Assembly (NCBI GenBank): GCA_965209055.1
Contig: OZ242374.1
Location: 2,752,001 to 2,816,000, forward strand
Length of the DNA stretch: 64,000 nucleotides
From: Acidobacteriota bacterium
Lineage (GTDB): Bacteria > Acidobacteriota > UBA6911 > RPQK01 > JAJDTT01
Direction of reading: 5' to 3'
A program made the translations under genes and the position numbers. Positions 9,335 through 20,231 of the stretch are shown here, piece after piece. Below the pieces are notes generated by a model. That model was given only the letters and a program-made list of their open reading frames with translations, did not search any database and was not told where the DNA came from. Numbering within the stretch: the first letter of the stretch is position 1; each line of letters starts with the position of its first letter.

Positions 9335-11722
9335 ATGAGAAAACGTTCGCGGAATATCTGCCCCTCCCGGGCTCGAATTCGTGATTCGGCGAGGCCGCCC
9401 GTCGCCCGTTTCGTGATCCTGAGTGTCCTCCTGTCGCCTCTGGCCATTGCGTCCGCCGCTCAGGATTCGATAGTCGACTTCCAACGGCAGATTCGGCCCC
9501 TGCTTTCCGACGCCTGTTTCCAGTGCCACGGTCCCGATCCCAAGGTCCGCATGGCCGGGCTGAGGCTCGATCTGCGTGAGGACCTCTTCCAGGCGCGGCC
9601 CTCCGGAGCGCCCGTCGTTCCCGGAGACCCGGACAACAGCCTGATCATTCAGCGCATTTCACATGAAGACGCGAACCTTCGCATGCCTCCCGCGTACTCG
9701 CAAAAGACGCTCAGCGACGATCAGATCGACCTGGTGCGCCGTTGGATCGCGGACGGGGCCGTCTGGCAGCAGCATTGGGCATTCACACGTCCGCGCCGAC
9801 CGGATCTGCCCGAAGTGAAGGACAACTCCTGGCCCCGGCAGGATCTGGACCACTTCGTCCTCAGCCGTCTGGAATCACACGGTCTGGCTCCTTCGCCTCC
9901 CGCGGAAAAGAGCCGGATCCTGCGCCGGGTGACGTTCGACTTGACCGGATTGCCGCCGACCCTGGAAGAACTGAACGCCTTCCTCTCGGACCCGTCCCCC
10001 GCCGCCTATGAGAAGGCCGTCGACCGGCTTCTGGCCTCGCCCCGCTACGGGGAACGCATGGCGGCCGTCTGGCTCGATCTGGCCCGCTACGCCGATACCG
10101 ACGGCTATCAGGACGACGAGCCGCGAATCATGTGGAGATGGCGCGACTGGGTCGTCGACTCGCTGAACCAGAATCTCTCCTTCGACCAGTTCACGATCCA
10201 GCAGTTGGCCGGAGACCTGCTGCCTGACCCGAACCCGGAACAAAAACTGGCCACCGGTTTTCTGCGCAACAACCGGGTCAACGGCGAAGGCGGGTCCATC
10301 GCCGACGAGTTCCGCGTCGAGTACGCCGTCGACCGCGTCAACACCGTCTCGACCGCCTGGATGGGGCTCACGGTCGGCTGTGCGCGTTGTCACGATCACA
10401 AGTACGATCCCATCTCCCAGACCGAGTTCTACCGCCTGTTCGCCTTCTTCAACAAAATTTCCGAACCGGGCACCTATCGGCGTAGCGCCGCGCCCACCAT
10501 CAAGGTGCCGCCGCGAGTCGTTCAGCGCCAATTGGACCGGATCCATCGAGAGCTTCAGGTCCTGGATCGGGATACGCCTGCGTACACCGAGCTCGAGACC
10601 CGGCATCGGCGGCTGTGGGAACAGGTTCCCGCCACCATGATCATGCGGGAGGACGAGGCCCGGGAGACCTTCGTCCTGGGACGCGGACAATACGATCAGC
10701 CGGGCGACAAGGTGACTCCTGGCGTCCCCGAGATCCTGCCCCCTCTGCCGCCTGGCGGGTCGGCCGATCGTCTGCTGCTGGCCCGGTGGCTGGTGGATCC
10801 GTCCCATCCCCTCACCGCGCGGGTGGCGGCGAACCGTTTGTGGCAAACGCACTTCGGGTCGGGACTGGTGCCGACGCCCGAGGACTTCGGCGTTCAGGGA
10901 GAGCCACCGACCCATCCCCTTCTGCTGGATTGGCTGGCCAGCGAGCTGATCCGGTTGAAATGGGACGTCAAGGCCTTCCAGCGAATGATCGTCACCAGCG
11001 CCACCTACCTGGAATCGTCGAAGCTCACGCCGGCCCTGCTGGAGAAGGATCCGGCCAACCTTCTCCTGGCGCGGGGTCCAAGATTGCGTCTGCCGGCCGA
11101 GATGATTCGGGATCAGGCCCTGGCGGTGAGCGGTCTTCTGGTCGGGTCGGTCGGAGGACCGTCGGTCAAACCCTATCAGCCGGCCGGAATCTGGGACGAG
11201 ATCGCCGGCGGCTCCACCGGCGCCTACAAGAAAGGCTACGAGCAGGGGACCGGCGCCCGTCTCTACCGCCGCAGCCTCTACTCTTTCTGGCGGCGCACCA
11301 TTCATCCTCCCGGGATGGAGGTCTTCGACGCTCCGAGCCGGGAGGTCTGCACCTCACGGCGCGAGCGAACCAACACGCCGCTCCAGGCGTTGACGCTCAT
11401 GAACGACGTGACCTACGTCGAGGCGGCTCGTGCTCTTGCCCAGCGTCTGATCCGGGAGGGCGGTCCCACCGACGAGGACCGCGTGGAATTCGGTTTCCGG
11501 CTGGTCACTTCGCGCCGGCCCGAGCCCGCGGAAATCGAGGTGCTGAGGCGCGGTCTCGAACGGCATCGATCGGCCTACGAGAACGATCCCGCGGCTGCCG
11601 CGAAGTTGGTAAGGGTTGGCGAGTCCGCATTGGGTCCTGAGATGGACCCCGTGGAACTGGCCGCCCACACCGCGCTGGCGAACGGACTATTGAATCTGGA
11701 CGAGACCATCCACCGGGAGTGA
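9335..11722 (+). CDS. Planctomycete-type cytochrome c, DUF1549/DUF1553 (PSD1) protein
   Basis: CFQCHGPD, WLDLARYADTDG, CARCHDHKYDP, HPLTARVAANRLWQ, RRSLY, TNTPLQAL. Confidence 0.93.
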   Translation: MRKRSRNICPSRARIRDSARPPVARFVILSVLLSPLAIASAAQDSIVDFQRQIRPLLSDACFQCHGPDPKVRMAGLRLDLREDLFQARPSGAPVVPGDPDNSLIIQRISHEDANLRMPPAYSQKTLSDDQIDLVRRWIADGAVWQQHWAFTRPRRPDLPEVKDNSWPRQDLDHFVLSRLESHGLAPSPPAEKSRILRRVTFDLTGLPPTLEELNAFLSDPSPAAYEKAVDRLLASPRYGERMAAVWLDLARYADTDGYQDDEPRIMWRWRDWVVDSLNQNLSFDQFTIQQLAGDLLPDPNPEQKLATGFLRNNRVNGEGGSIADEFRVEYAVDRVNTVSTAWMGLTVGCARCHDHKYDPISQTEFYRLFAFFNKISEPGTYRRSAAPTIKVPPRVVQRQLDRIHRELQVLDRDTPAYTELETRHRRLWEQVPATMIMREDEARETFVLGRGQYDQPGDKVTPGVPEILPPLPPGGSADRLLLARWLVDPSHPLTARVAANRLWQTHFGSGLVPTPEDFGVQGEPPTHPLLLDWLASELIRLKWDVKAFQRMIVTSATYLESSKLTPALLEKDPANLLLARGPRLRLPAEMIRDQALAVSGLLVGSVGGPSVKPYQPAGIWDEIAGGSTGAYKKGYEQGTGARLYRRSLYSFWRRTIHPPGMEVFDAPSREVCTSRRERTNTPLQALTLMNDVTYVEAARALAQRLIREGGPTDEDRVEFGFRLVTSRRPEPAEIEVLRRGLERHRSAYENDPAAAAKLVRVGESALGPEMDPVELAAHTALANGLLNLDETIHRE

Positions 11723-13200
11723 AGAAACCGATGACTTCTCCCACGCATCCAATCGCCAATGCCCGAGAGCTGTTGACCCGGCGTCACTTCTTCGGACGTT
11801 CCGGGATGGGAATCGGCGCCGCGGCACTGAACGCACTGCTGGCGGACGACCTCTCCGCCGCCCCGCTGGGGAGTCCCGGAGCAGCAGCCGGTGCTTCGGG
11901 TCCACCCCACTTCGAGCCCAAGGCCAAGCGGGTGATCTATCTGTGCCAGGCGGGAGGACCGGCCCAGATGGACCTCTTCGACTACAAGCCGGGCCTGAAG
12001 GAAATGTTCGACGTCGATTTCCCCGACTCGGTGCGGCAGGGCCAGCGCCTGACCACCATGACCTCGGGCCAGGATCGTTTTCCGGTGGTGCCCTCCATCT
12101 TCGAATTCCGCCGGCACGGAGAGTGCGGCGCCTGGGTCAGCGAACTGCTGCCCCATACGGCCGGCGTCGTCGATCGGCTCTGCCTGATCAAGTCGATGCA
12201 CACCGAGGCCATCAACCACGACCCCGCCATCACGCTGATGCAGACCGGCTTCGAGCGGTCGGGCCGGCCCAGCCTGGGGGCCTGGCTCTCCTACGGCTTG
12301 GGAAGCGGGAACCGGGACCTGCCCACCTTCGTGGTCATGACCTCCAACTCCAAGTCAGGGTCGCAGCCGCTGTACAAGCGCCTGTGGGGCAGTGGTTTCC
12401 TGCCCACCCGGCACCAGGGGGTGAGGTTCCGGGGCGTCGGCGATCCGGTCCTCCACCTCTCCAACCCGCCGGGAATGGACAGCGCCACCCGGCGGCACAT
12501 TCTGGACGACGTCGCCCGGTTGAACGAGTTGAAGCAGGCCGAGTTCGGAGACCCCGAGATCGCCACCCGAATCGCCCAGTACGAGCTGGCGTTCCGGATG
12601 CAGACCTCGGTTCCCGAGCTGGCGGACCTGTCCGGCGAACCGGAACACATCTTCAGGCTCTACGGTGAAGACGCCCGCGAGCGGGGCACCTACGCCTCCC
12701 ATTGCCTGATGGCCCGGCGGCTGGTGGAGAGAGGAGTGCGCTTCGTTCAATTGTTCCACCGGGGCTGGGATCAGCACCAGGACCTGCCCAAGGACCTGGC
12801 CGGCCAGTGCAAGAGCACGGACCGGGCCACCGCCGCCCTGATCCTGGATCTGGAGCAACGAGGGATGCTGGACGACACCCTCATCGTCTGGGGCGGCGAA
12901 TTCGGACGGACCATCTACTGCCAGGGAGATTTGACCAAGGAGAACTACGGGCGGGACCACCACCCGCGCTGCTTCACCATGTGGCTGGCCGGAGCCGGAG
13001 TCGCCGGCGGTCTGAGCTACGGCGAAACGGACGACTTCAGCTACAACATCGCCAAGGACCCGGTCCACGTTCACGACCTGAACGCCACCATCCTGCATCT
13101 CCTGGGCATCGACCACCTTCGGCTGACGTTCAAGTTCCAGGGCCGGGACCACCGCCTGACCGACGTTCACGGCAACGTGCTGAAACCGCTCCTGGCATAG
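11719..13200 (+). CDS. DUF1501 family (sulfatase-like) protein
   Basis: TRRHFFG Tat; AKRVIYL..GGP.QMDLFDYKP; ARRLVERGVRFVQ; WGGEFGRT; GRDHHP; usual partner of PSD1 genes. Confidence 0.93.
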   Translation: MKKPMTSPTHPIANARELLTRRHFFGRSGMGIGAAALNALLADDLSAAPLGSPGAAAGASGPPHFEPKAKRVIYLCQAGGPAQMDLFDYKPGLKEMFDVDFPDSVRQGQRLTTMTSGQDRFPVVPSIFEFRRHGECGAWVSELLPHTAGVVDRLCLIKSMHTEAINHDPAITLMQTGFERSGRPSLGAWLSYGLGSGNRDLPTFVVMTSNSKSGSQPLYKRLWGSGFLPTRHQGVRFRGVGDPVLHLSNPPGMDSATRRHILDDVARLNELKQAEFGDPEIATRIAQYELAFRMQTSVPELADLSGEPEHIFRLYGEDARERGTYASHCLMARRLVERGVRFVQLFHRGWDQHQDLPKDLAGQCKSTDRATAALILDLEQRGMLDDTLIVWGGEFGRTIYCQGDLTKENYGRDHHPRCFTMWLAGAGVAGGLSYGETDDFSYNIAKDPVHVHDLNATILHLLGIDHLRLTFKFQGRDHRLTDVHGNVLKPLLA

Positions 13201-13382
13201 GGCGAGAAAAGAGAAAGGAGCGGCGAAATGGAGCGACGGCATGGAGCAGCGGCATGGAGCGGCGGTTACCAACCGCCGAAAAGGGGGGTTAGGGGGACGG
13301 AGTCCCCCCTTACGCTTCCGCCGCAGTATAGACTCCGTCGACCTGTTCAAGTCGATTGCCAGGAACACCGTAGGTAAACCAA

Positions 13383-15695
13383 TTGATCTTCAGACCTTCC
13401 AATTGGAAAAGCCTGGTCCTTCTAACCGCCGTTTTGCCGCTGGCAGGCTGCAGCCGTGACGCCTCGGAGAATGGAAACACCCCCTATGGCCTGACCGAGC
13501 GGACCCTCTGGACCACCTCCCGCGTCGTAGGATCGCCCGAACCCCCGCCTCGGTATCAGCTCCGGCGCGTCTTCCCCCAGCACACCTTCGAGAATCCCAT
13601 CTTCATCGCTCAGGACCCCAATTCGGAGCGCCTGCTGGTGGCGGAGTACGGAGGCCGGATCTACAGCTTCCACGGAAACAATCCCGAGGCCGGAAAAGAC
13701 CTCTTCCTCGACTGGAACCGCCGGGTCTCCGCCTTTTCCTTCCATCCGCGCTACCGCGACAACGGCCAGGTCTTCGTCTTCAGCCCCACCAACCCCAAGC
13801 TGGAAGACCGGAAGGATGAAGACGGCAACCGGATCAAGCAGCTCAGCCGGGTCTCCCGATTCGAGCTGGAACCGGGCAGCGACCCACCACGCCTGCGTCC
13901 CGAATCGGAACGGATCATCATCCAGTGGCCCGCGGGAGGCCACAACGGCGGCGAAGCCATCATCGGTCCGGACGGCTACCTCTACATCTGCACCGGGGAC
14001 GGCACCAGTACCTCCGACCGGGAGCACACCGGCCAGGACATCGACGACCTGCTGGCGGTCATGATGCGCCTCGACGTGGAGAGGCCCGACCCCGGCCGGG
14101 CCTATTCCATCCCCCCGGACAACCCCTTCGTCGGCGTGCCCGGCGCCCGGGAAGAAATCTGGGCCTACGGCTTTCGCAATCCATGGCGGTTCAGCTTCGA
14201 CCCGATCACCGGACAGCCCTGGGTCGGAGACGTGGGTCAGGACCTCTGGGAGCTCATCGAGTTGGTCAGCCGGGGCAGCAATCATGGCTGGCCCGTGATG
14301 GAGGGCTCACACCCCTTTCATCCCAAAACGAAGCCGGGTCCCACTCCCATCGTCTCCCCCGTGATGGAGCATCACCATCGTGAGGCCCGGTCCATCACCG
14401 GCGGCTACGTCTACCAGGGAGACAAGTTTCCGGAGCTGAGAGGCGCCTACCTCTACGGGGATTACTCGTACGGGAAGATGTGGGGGTTGCGGTACGACCA
14501 CGACCGGAAGGAAGTGGTCTGGCACCAGGAACTCGCCGACTCGTCCGTCAACATCGTCAGTCTCGGCGTCGGGCGAGACGGTTCCTTCTATGCGCTGGAC
14601 TACGACACCGGGGAGGTCTACGAATTGGACCACCGGCCGGCGCCGGAGAAGATGCCGCCCTTTCCGCGGAAGCTGAGCGAGACCGGATTGTTCGCATCGG
14701 TGAAGGACCATCGGCCGGCTCCCGGCGTCATCCCGTATACGGTGAACGTCCCCTTCTGGTCCGACGGCGCCGCCAAGGAGCGGTTTCTCGCTCTGCCGGG
14801 CGAGATGCAGGTCAAGTTCAATAAGGAAGGCACCTGGGAGTTCGACGCCGGCGCGGTGATGGTGAAGTCGTTCACACTTGAGACCGAGGAAGGCAACCCG
14901 GAGACGCGCCGGTACATCGAAACCCGGCTCCTGGTGAATGAGGACGACCGGTGGGTGGGATACACCTACGCCTGGAACGACGAGCAGACCGATGCCGAGT
15001 TGGTGGAAGGGGAAGGCCGCGACCAGACCTATCAGATTCAGGACCAGCGGCTGCCCGCCGGACAGCGAAGCCAAGTTTGGCGCTATCCCAGCCGTGAGGA
15101 GTGCATGTACTGCCATTCCCGCGCGGCCGGCTTCGTGCTGGGAATGAACACCCGGCAGATGAACCGCGACCAGGACTACGCCGGGACCACGGACAATCAG
15201 TTGCGAACGCTCGACCACATCGGAATCTTCAAGGAACCGCTTGAGAAGACCCCCGCGGAATACCCGGCCCTGCCGGACCCCTTCGGGACGGATGCGGACG
15301 TGGAGGCGAGGACCCGTGCCTATCTCCAAGTAAACTGCGCCATGTGCCACGCCCCGAGCGGTGGAGGCAACTCTCGATTCAACCTGGTCTACACGGCGGA
15401 ACCGGACAAGGTCCGCCTGATCGACGAGTCGCCGATTCACGACACCATGGGAGTGGCCAACCCCCGGCTGGTGGCCCCGGGCGACCCCGACCGGTCGATC
15501 CTCTACCGACGGCTGTTGGTACGAGGCCTGAACCAAATGCCCCCGACCAGCACCAACCGGATCGACCAGCGCGGAGCCGAACTCGTGGCCGAATGGATCC
15601 GCCAACTCGGCACCGAGTCCAAACTAGCCGCGAAAACGCTAGGAGGGGCGACTTTCAGTCGCCCAGTGGAACGGCGGCTTCCAGCCGCCGAATAG
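13383..15695 (+). CDS. PQQ-dependent sugar dehydrogenase (GSDH) fused to c-type cytochrome domains, lipoprotein
   Basis: LAGC lipobox; HNGG..GPDGYLY..GDG; EIWAYGFRNPWRFSFD; CMYCH and CAMCH heme motifs. Confidence 0.88.
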   Translation: MIFRPSNWKSLVLLTAVLPLAGCSRDASENGNTPYGLTERTLWTTSRVVGSPEPPPRYQLRRVFPQHTFENPIFIAQDPNSERLLVAEYGGRIYSFHGNNPEAGKDLFLDWNRRVSAFSFHPRYRDNGQVFVFSPTNPKLEDRKDEDGNRIKQLSRVSRFELEPGSDPPRLRPESERIIIQWPAGGHNGGEAIIGPDGYLYICTGDGTSTSDREHTGQDIDDLLAVMMRLDVERPDPGRAYSIPPDNPFVGVPGAREEIWAYGFRNPWRFSFDPITGQPWVGDVGQDLWELIELVSRGSNHGWPVMEGSHPFHPKTKPGPTPIVSPVMEHHHREARSITGGYVYQGDKFPELRGAYLYGDYSYGKMWGLRYDHDRKEVVWHQELADSSVNIVSLGVGRDGSFYALDYDTGEVYELDHRPAPEKMPPFPRKLSETGLFASVKDHRPAPGVIPYTVNVPFWSDGAAKERFLALPGEMQVKFNKEGTWEFDAGAVMVKSFTLETEEGNPETRRYIETRLLVNEDDRWVGYTYAWNDEQTDAELVEGEGRDQTYQIQDQRLPAGQRSQVWRYPSREECMYCHSRAAGFVLGMNTRQMNRDQDYAGTTDNQLRTLDHIGIFKEPLEKTPAEYPALPDPFGTDADVEARTRAYLQVNCAMCHAPSGGGNSRFNLVYTAEPDKVRLIDESPIHDTMGVANPRLVAPGDPDRSILYRRLLVRGLNQMPPTSTNRIDQRGAELVAEWIRQLGTESKLAAKTLGGATFSRPVERRLPAAE

Positions 15696-15833
15696 GAGGC
15701 GACTTTCTTGCCGCCAAACAGGAGCGACAATTATCTTATCTCCGGCTGGGAACGGCGGTTTCCTAACCGCCGAACTCCAGAGAAACAACCCAACGAGTCC
15801 GAAACGGGCGACTCAACCTCGCCCCCTAAACCG

Positions 15834-17825
15834 ATGGCAATATCCAACAATTCCCTCCTGAGCATCTGTTTGCTCCTCCCCTTCCTGGCCTCCCTCCACG
15901 CCCAAAGCAAGCCCCGCCGGGTCACTCCCCTCTTGGAACAGGAAACCCTGCAGCAGGGGCTTCTCCACCACCTGCTCGGCGAATACCTCGTGACGCGATC
16001 CCCAAAATTACCACCCGTCCCCGCCCACGCCGAAGAATGGACGGCCCAAGCAAACGACATCCGCAGAAAGCTCCTCCAGGATGTCGTCTATCGCGGCTGG
16101 CCCCGCGAGTGGGTAGAGGCCCCCCTTCGTTTCCACGAGGTCGGTCCGCCCCAACAGCACCGCGGCTACCGCCTCCAGAAGCTCCTGATCCAAATCGTCC
16201 CCGGCCTGCAGATCTCCGCGTTGCTATACGAACCGGCGGGAGACCGGCATCCCCTGCCGGCGGTCCTCAACGTGAACGGCCACGCCCGGGGCCCTGGCAA
16301 GGCCGTCGAATACAAGCAGAAACGATGCATCAGCCTGGCTCGCCAGGGCGTAATGGCGCTAAATTTGGAATGGCTGGGCTGCGGTGAGTTGAATCTTCCC
16401 GAAAACAGCCACTGGTTCGGCGCCCATCTCGACTTGGTGGGAGCCAACGCCATCGGCCTCTTCTACCTGGCAATGCGGAAGGGGCTCGACTACCTGGAGC
16501 AGCATCCCCGGGTCGACCCGCAGCGCCTGGCCGTCACCGGGCTCTCGGGCGGCGGTTGGCAGACCATCATCCTCTCCTCCCTGGATGAGCGAGTCGCTGC
16601 GTCCATACCGGTCGCCGGCTACTCCGCCCTGATCTCAAGAGTCGAACGGCCGCAGGACACAGGGGACATCGAGCAGAACGCCACCGACCTGCTCCTGGGC
16701 CAGGACTACTCGACGTTGACCGCCATGCGCGCCCCCAAGCCGACTCTCCTGATCTACAACGCCGAGGACGAATGCTGTTTCCGAGCTCCCCTGGTCCGGC
16801 CCTACATCTACGATGACGTCAAGCCCTTCTTCGCCCTTTTCGGCAAGGGAGACCACCTGGGCTGGCATGAAAACACCGATCCCTCCACCCACAACTACCA
16901 ACTGGACAACCGGCTCCAGGCCTACCGCCACCTGTCTCGGCATTTCGGGCTCGGGCCCTGGGACCGGGAAGATCCCGTCGACCGGGAGATCCAGAGCTAC
17001 GAGGATCTGGTGGTCGGAATACCGGAGGACAACCTCACCATCGTGGGAGTGGCGCGCCAACTGGCGAACCAGAAGCTGCAGGAAGCGGCTCCGGACGAAG
17101 GCCGGGCGGCTGAAGATCTCAAGGACCGCCGGGCCCGACTTCGATCACTGGTCCGTTTCCAGCCGGTGAAGGTCAAGCATGGCTGGGCGCTCCACAACAC
17201 CAAGAACCGGGGGGTGGAATCGTATTCCTATCGAATCCACTTCACCGACGGACTCGTGGCGTCGGCCCTCTGGGGGAAGGGAATCGACACCCCGGAAGGC
17301 GCTCCAGCGTCGATCCTGATTCTTGACGAGGGCAAGGCGATGGCGGGGCAGCAAGCCTCGGACCGGATCAACTGGGGGGAGCAGGTGCTGACAGTGGACC
17401 TGATCCTGACCGGGGAAGCACAGCCGCGCAGGAGAAATACGTCGGACTCACATCGCTACGCTCAGCTCCTGGCCACAGTGGGGGACCGCCCGCTGGGCAT
17501 TCGAGCTTCGCATCTCCTGGCCCTGGCCAAATGGCTCAAGGACCATCACGGCGCGCCGGAAGTCCGGGTCGAAGCCCACGGTTTCCGGAGCCAAGTGGTC
17601 GCCCTGTTGGGAGCCGCGCTGGACCCAACGGCATTTTCAGAGGTCAAAGTCGACAAAGGAATAAAGAGCCTGGACCACCTTTTGGCCAAGCCGGTCCGCT
17701 ACGAGGAGGCTCCGGAACTGTTCTGCCTGGGGCTCTATCCTGCATTCGATCTGGAGCGTTTGGTCCAATTAGCTGAACCGGCCCATGTGGAGCAGCGCTT
17801 CAAATCATCAGATTCCCGAGATTGA
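15834..17825 (+). CDS. Secreted alpha/beta hydrolase (acetylxylan esterase-like)
   Basis: Signal peptide; PAVLNVNGH; VDPQRLAVTGLSGGGWQT nucleophile elbow; RAPKPTLL. Confidence 0.8.
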   Translation: MAISNNSLLSICLLLPFLASLHAQSKPRRVTPLLEQETLQQGLLHHLLGEYLVTRSPKLPPVPAHAEEWTAQANDIRRKLLQDVVYRGWPREWVEAPLRFHEVGPPQQHRGYRLQKLLIQIVPGLQISALLYEPAGDRHPLPAVLNVNGHARGPGKAVEYKQKRCISLARQGVMALNLEWLGCGELNLPENSHWFGAHLDLVGANAIGLFYLAMRKGLDYLEQHPRVDPQRLAVTGLSGGGWQTIILSSLDERVAASIPVAGYSALISRVERPQDTGDIEQNATDLLLGQDYSTLTAMRAPKPTLLIYNAEDECCFRAPLVRPYIYDDVKPFFALFGKGDHLGWHENTDPSTHNYQLDNRLQAYRHLSRHFGLGPWDREDPVDREIQSYEDLVVGIPEDNLTIVGVARQLANQKLQEAAPDEGRAAEDLKDRRARLRSLVRFQPVKVKHGWALHNTKNRGVESYSYRIHFTDGLVASALWGKGIDTPEGAPASILILDEGKAMAGQQASDRINWGEQVLTVDLILTGEAQPRRRNTSDSHRYAQLLATVGDRPLGIRASHLLALAKWLKDHHGAPEVRVEAHGFRSQVVALLGAALDPTAFSEVKVDKGIKSLDHLLAKPVRYEEAPELFCLGLYPAFDLERLVQLAEPAHVEQRFKSSDSRD

Positions 17826-18114
17826 GTCTCGGGCAGTCAAGCGCCGACATCCCCTTAATTTGCCAACCGCATAGTGCTGATGTGCTCGGGTCCGGTTGGA
17901 GCGGGGACATTCTTGTCCCCGTCTTCTTCGCCGACGCGGAGCAGGTGGCTGGAAGGGAATCAGAGGGTACTACTCAGAGAATGTACCTGCCCCCTTCTCA
18001 CGTTGCGTGCTGCCGGAAATCAATGGCACAGTCTGGAACCACGACTAGGAAACTGGTCGCTACAAGCAGCAAGAAACCCGTTCAGGGAGTCGTCAGATCA
18101 TTCTGGAGAGACTA

Positions 18115-18966
18115 ATGACACCCGGCTTCAAGTACTTTGATACCGGAGGTGATGGACCCGTCGTAGTGTTGCTCCACGGGGTGCTCATGAACGGTACCGT
18201 TTGGGACAAGGTCGTAGACGGCCTGCGAGATCGATATCGCTGCATTGTCCCGGACCTGCCATTCGGCGGACATAGTGTGTCGATGCCCGATGACGCCGAC
18301 CTCACACTTAAATCGATTGCAACTATGGTCGCCCGGTTCTTGGTCGAACTCGATTTGCAGGACGCCACTGTTGTCTGTAATGACTGGGGCGGCGCGCAGC
18401 TCATTGTAAGCCCTGGAGGGTCCGATCGTATTGCGAACCTTGTGCTCGTCTCCTGCGAAGCCTTCGACAACTATCCGCCCGGCCTACCGGGTCGGCTACT
18501 CCGTCTCTTCGCTGCCCTGCCAGGCGGCACATTTCTAACGGTCCAAATGTTGCGGCCTCGTTGGATCCGGCATCTGCCGCTCGTATTCGGTGACATGTCG
18601 AAACACCGGATTCCGAACGACCTCTTCATGGGCTGGATCCACAATGCGCGCCACAACAGGAAGATTCGTCGCGACCTGACGAAATATCTTCGAAACGTTC
18701 CGAAGAAGAAGCAATTGCTCAAGTGGGCGGAGCAACAGCGCTCGTTCCGTGGGGCAGTTCTTATCGTTTGGGCTCGCGAGGATAAGTTGATGCCGCCAAC
18801 TCACGCCGAACGACTAGCCGAGCACTTCGAGAACTCGAAGTTGGTGTGGGTGGACAATAGTCGGACTCTGATTCCTATCGACCAGCCGGACATCCTGACG
18901 GACCATATCCGCAAGTTTCTTGCTCTTAATACGTCCTCGCCAGCGACATCCTCCTCCGTCGAGTAG
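18115..18966 (+). CDS. Alpha/beta fold hydrolase
   Basis: VVLLHG, PDLPFGGH, CNDWGG nucleophile, VWAREDKL. Confidence 0.85.
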   Translation: MTPGFKYFDTGGDGPVVVLLHGVLMNGTVWDKVVDGLRDRYRCIVPDLPFGGHSVSMPDDADLTLKSIATMVARFLVELDLQDATVVCNDWGGAQLIVSPGGSDRIANLVLVSCEAFDNYPPGLPGRLLRLFAALPGGTFLTVQMLRPRWIRHLPLVFGDMSKHRIPNDLFMGWIHNARHNRKIRRDLTKYLRNVPKKKQLLKWAEQQRSFRGAVLIVWAREDKLMPPTHAERLAEHFENSKLVWVDNSRTLIPIDQPDILTDHIRKFLALNTSSPATSSSVE

Positions 18967-19040
18967 CGCTGGTCGGCGGCAGAGTTATTGGGAATGAAGG
19001 TGGCTGTCCGCTTCTTTCGTGTGTCGCTGAATCTGCTGAT

Positions 19041-19442
19041 CTATGCCCATTCCGGATAAACCTCTACAATACCGTTCTTGGTGAGCTTAGCGACAAACGG
19101 GGGCGGAGTGGAGTCGAGAAATCTACATATCTTCGGCATTGCGTCAATGAGAACCTGAGAGACCACATCAGTAGTCTGATCCTTCGTTGTAACAACAATC
19201 ATCCGGGCATTTCTGGAACGGATTAGATCCTTCGCCGTCTCTCGGAATCTGATTCTCTTGTCCTTCGTTATGAGTACCCATCCATGAGCGGCAGCCGTCT
19301 TGATAATATTCTCATCCGTTTCGTCTGGATTGAAATAGGTGTCATGAATCAATACTTCAATCCCGGATTTTAGAAGCCGCCTTGGAAGAGCTTTGCTTCC
19401 GAAATTTCTATCCAACAGGAATTGATGCTGATCTGCTGCCAT
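19041..19442 (-). CDS. PIN-domain toxin, VapC45-like
   Basis: FLLDRNFG, DENII, WVLITKDKRIR; overlaps upstream DUF433 gene; AT-richer than flanks. Confidence 0.8.
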   Translation of the reverse strand: MAADQHQFLLDRNFGSKALPRRLLKSGIEVLIHDTYFNPDETDENIIKTAAAHGWVLITKDKRIRFRETAKDLIRSRNARMIVVTTKDQTTDVVSQVLIDAMPKICRFLDSTPPPFVAKLTKNGIVEVYPEWA

Positions 19443-20118
19443 CTTCCCATTGAATTGCAGCTTCTATTTCTTTATCTGTCCTGTTGTAGTCTTCCATCAA
19501 ATCCTGAATTGATTCTCCCCCATTATATCTGTCAAAAACCGATTCTGTCATGATCCCAGTTCCACGAATCACTGGCAAACCGTATGAGATATTGGGATTT
19601 ATGACGATCAGATTATGTTCATTGATGGATTCATTTCCGGGAGTGAACATCGCAGGTCTGCCATGATAGTCGATTTCGATCCGGTTAAGGTGCGTCCGAA
19701 CAAACTCCATCTCATGCTGACCATATCGACTAGTATTAACAATGTGTTGGTTAATCTCCATCATCAGATAAACGCCATCTGTTTCTACTCGAAACGCCAA
19801 CAATGGATGTCTCTCATAGAACGAGTCCGCATAAGGCTCACTTAGATTATTTTTCCAGATATAACCCAGATGGTTGCGGAGATATCTCATCCGAACTCCA
19901 TAAACTCTTCGAATAATCGCTATTACGTAGAGTTCCATCAGGTTGTAAAATGAAACCACTGAGGGACGAAACTTCGGAGCCTGGATCAATGGGCGACTTG
20001 ATTCCCCACTTCCGAAAGCCCATCCCCGAAGAGTAGACGGGGCGACACCAATAAATCGGGACGCCTCAGATATCAGATAGGCCGGAAGCTCCCTGAATCC
20101 TGCTCGAATACTCTCCAT
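19408..20118 (-). CDS. DUF433-containing antitoxin, VapB45-like
   Basis: N-terminal HTH (EASRFIGVAPSTLRGW), SFYNLME, C-terminal INPNISYGLPVIRGTGI...GESIQDLMEDY. Confidence 0.85.
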   Translation of the reverse strand: MESIRAGFRELPAYLISEASRFIGVAPSTLRGWAFGSGESSRPLIQAPKFRPSVVSFYNLMELYVIAIIRRVYGVRMRYLRNHLGYIWKNNLSEPYADSFYERHPLLAFRVETDGVYLMMEINQHIVNTSRYGQHEMEFVRTHLNRIEIDYHGRPAMFTPGNESINEHNLIVINPNISYGLPVIRGTGIMTESVFDRYNGGESIQDLMEDYNRTDKEIEAAIQWEDGSRSASIPVG

Positions 20119-20231
20119 TCCATCAATTTACCACAGAGGAGTGCCGCACCTCTGTTGGCTTGGGGAAGTCGAGAACTCCTCGAGCTCGAGCACGAGCAGA
20201 GAATGTGACTGTCCTGCTCACGAGTCGAAGC

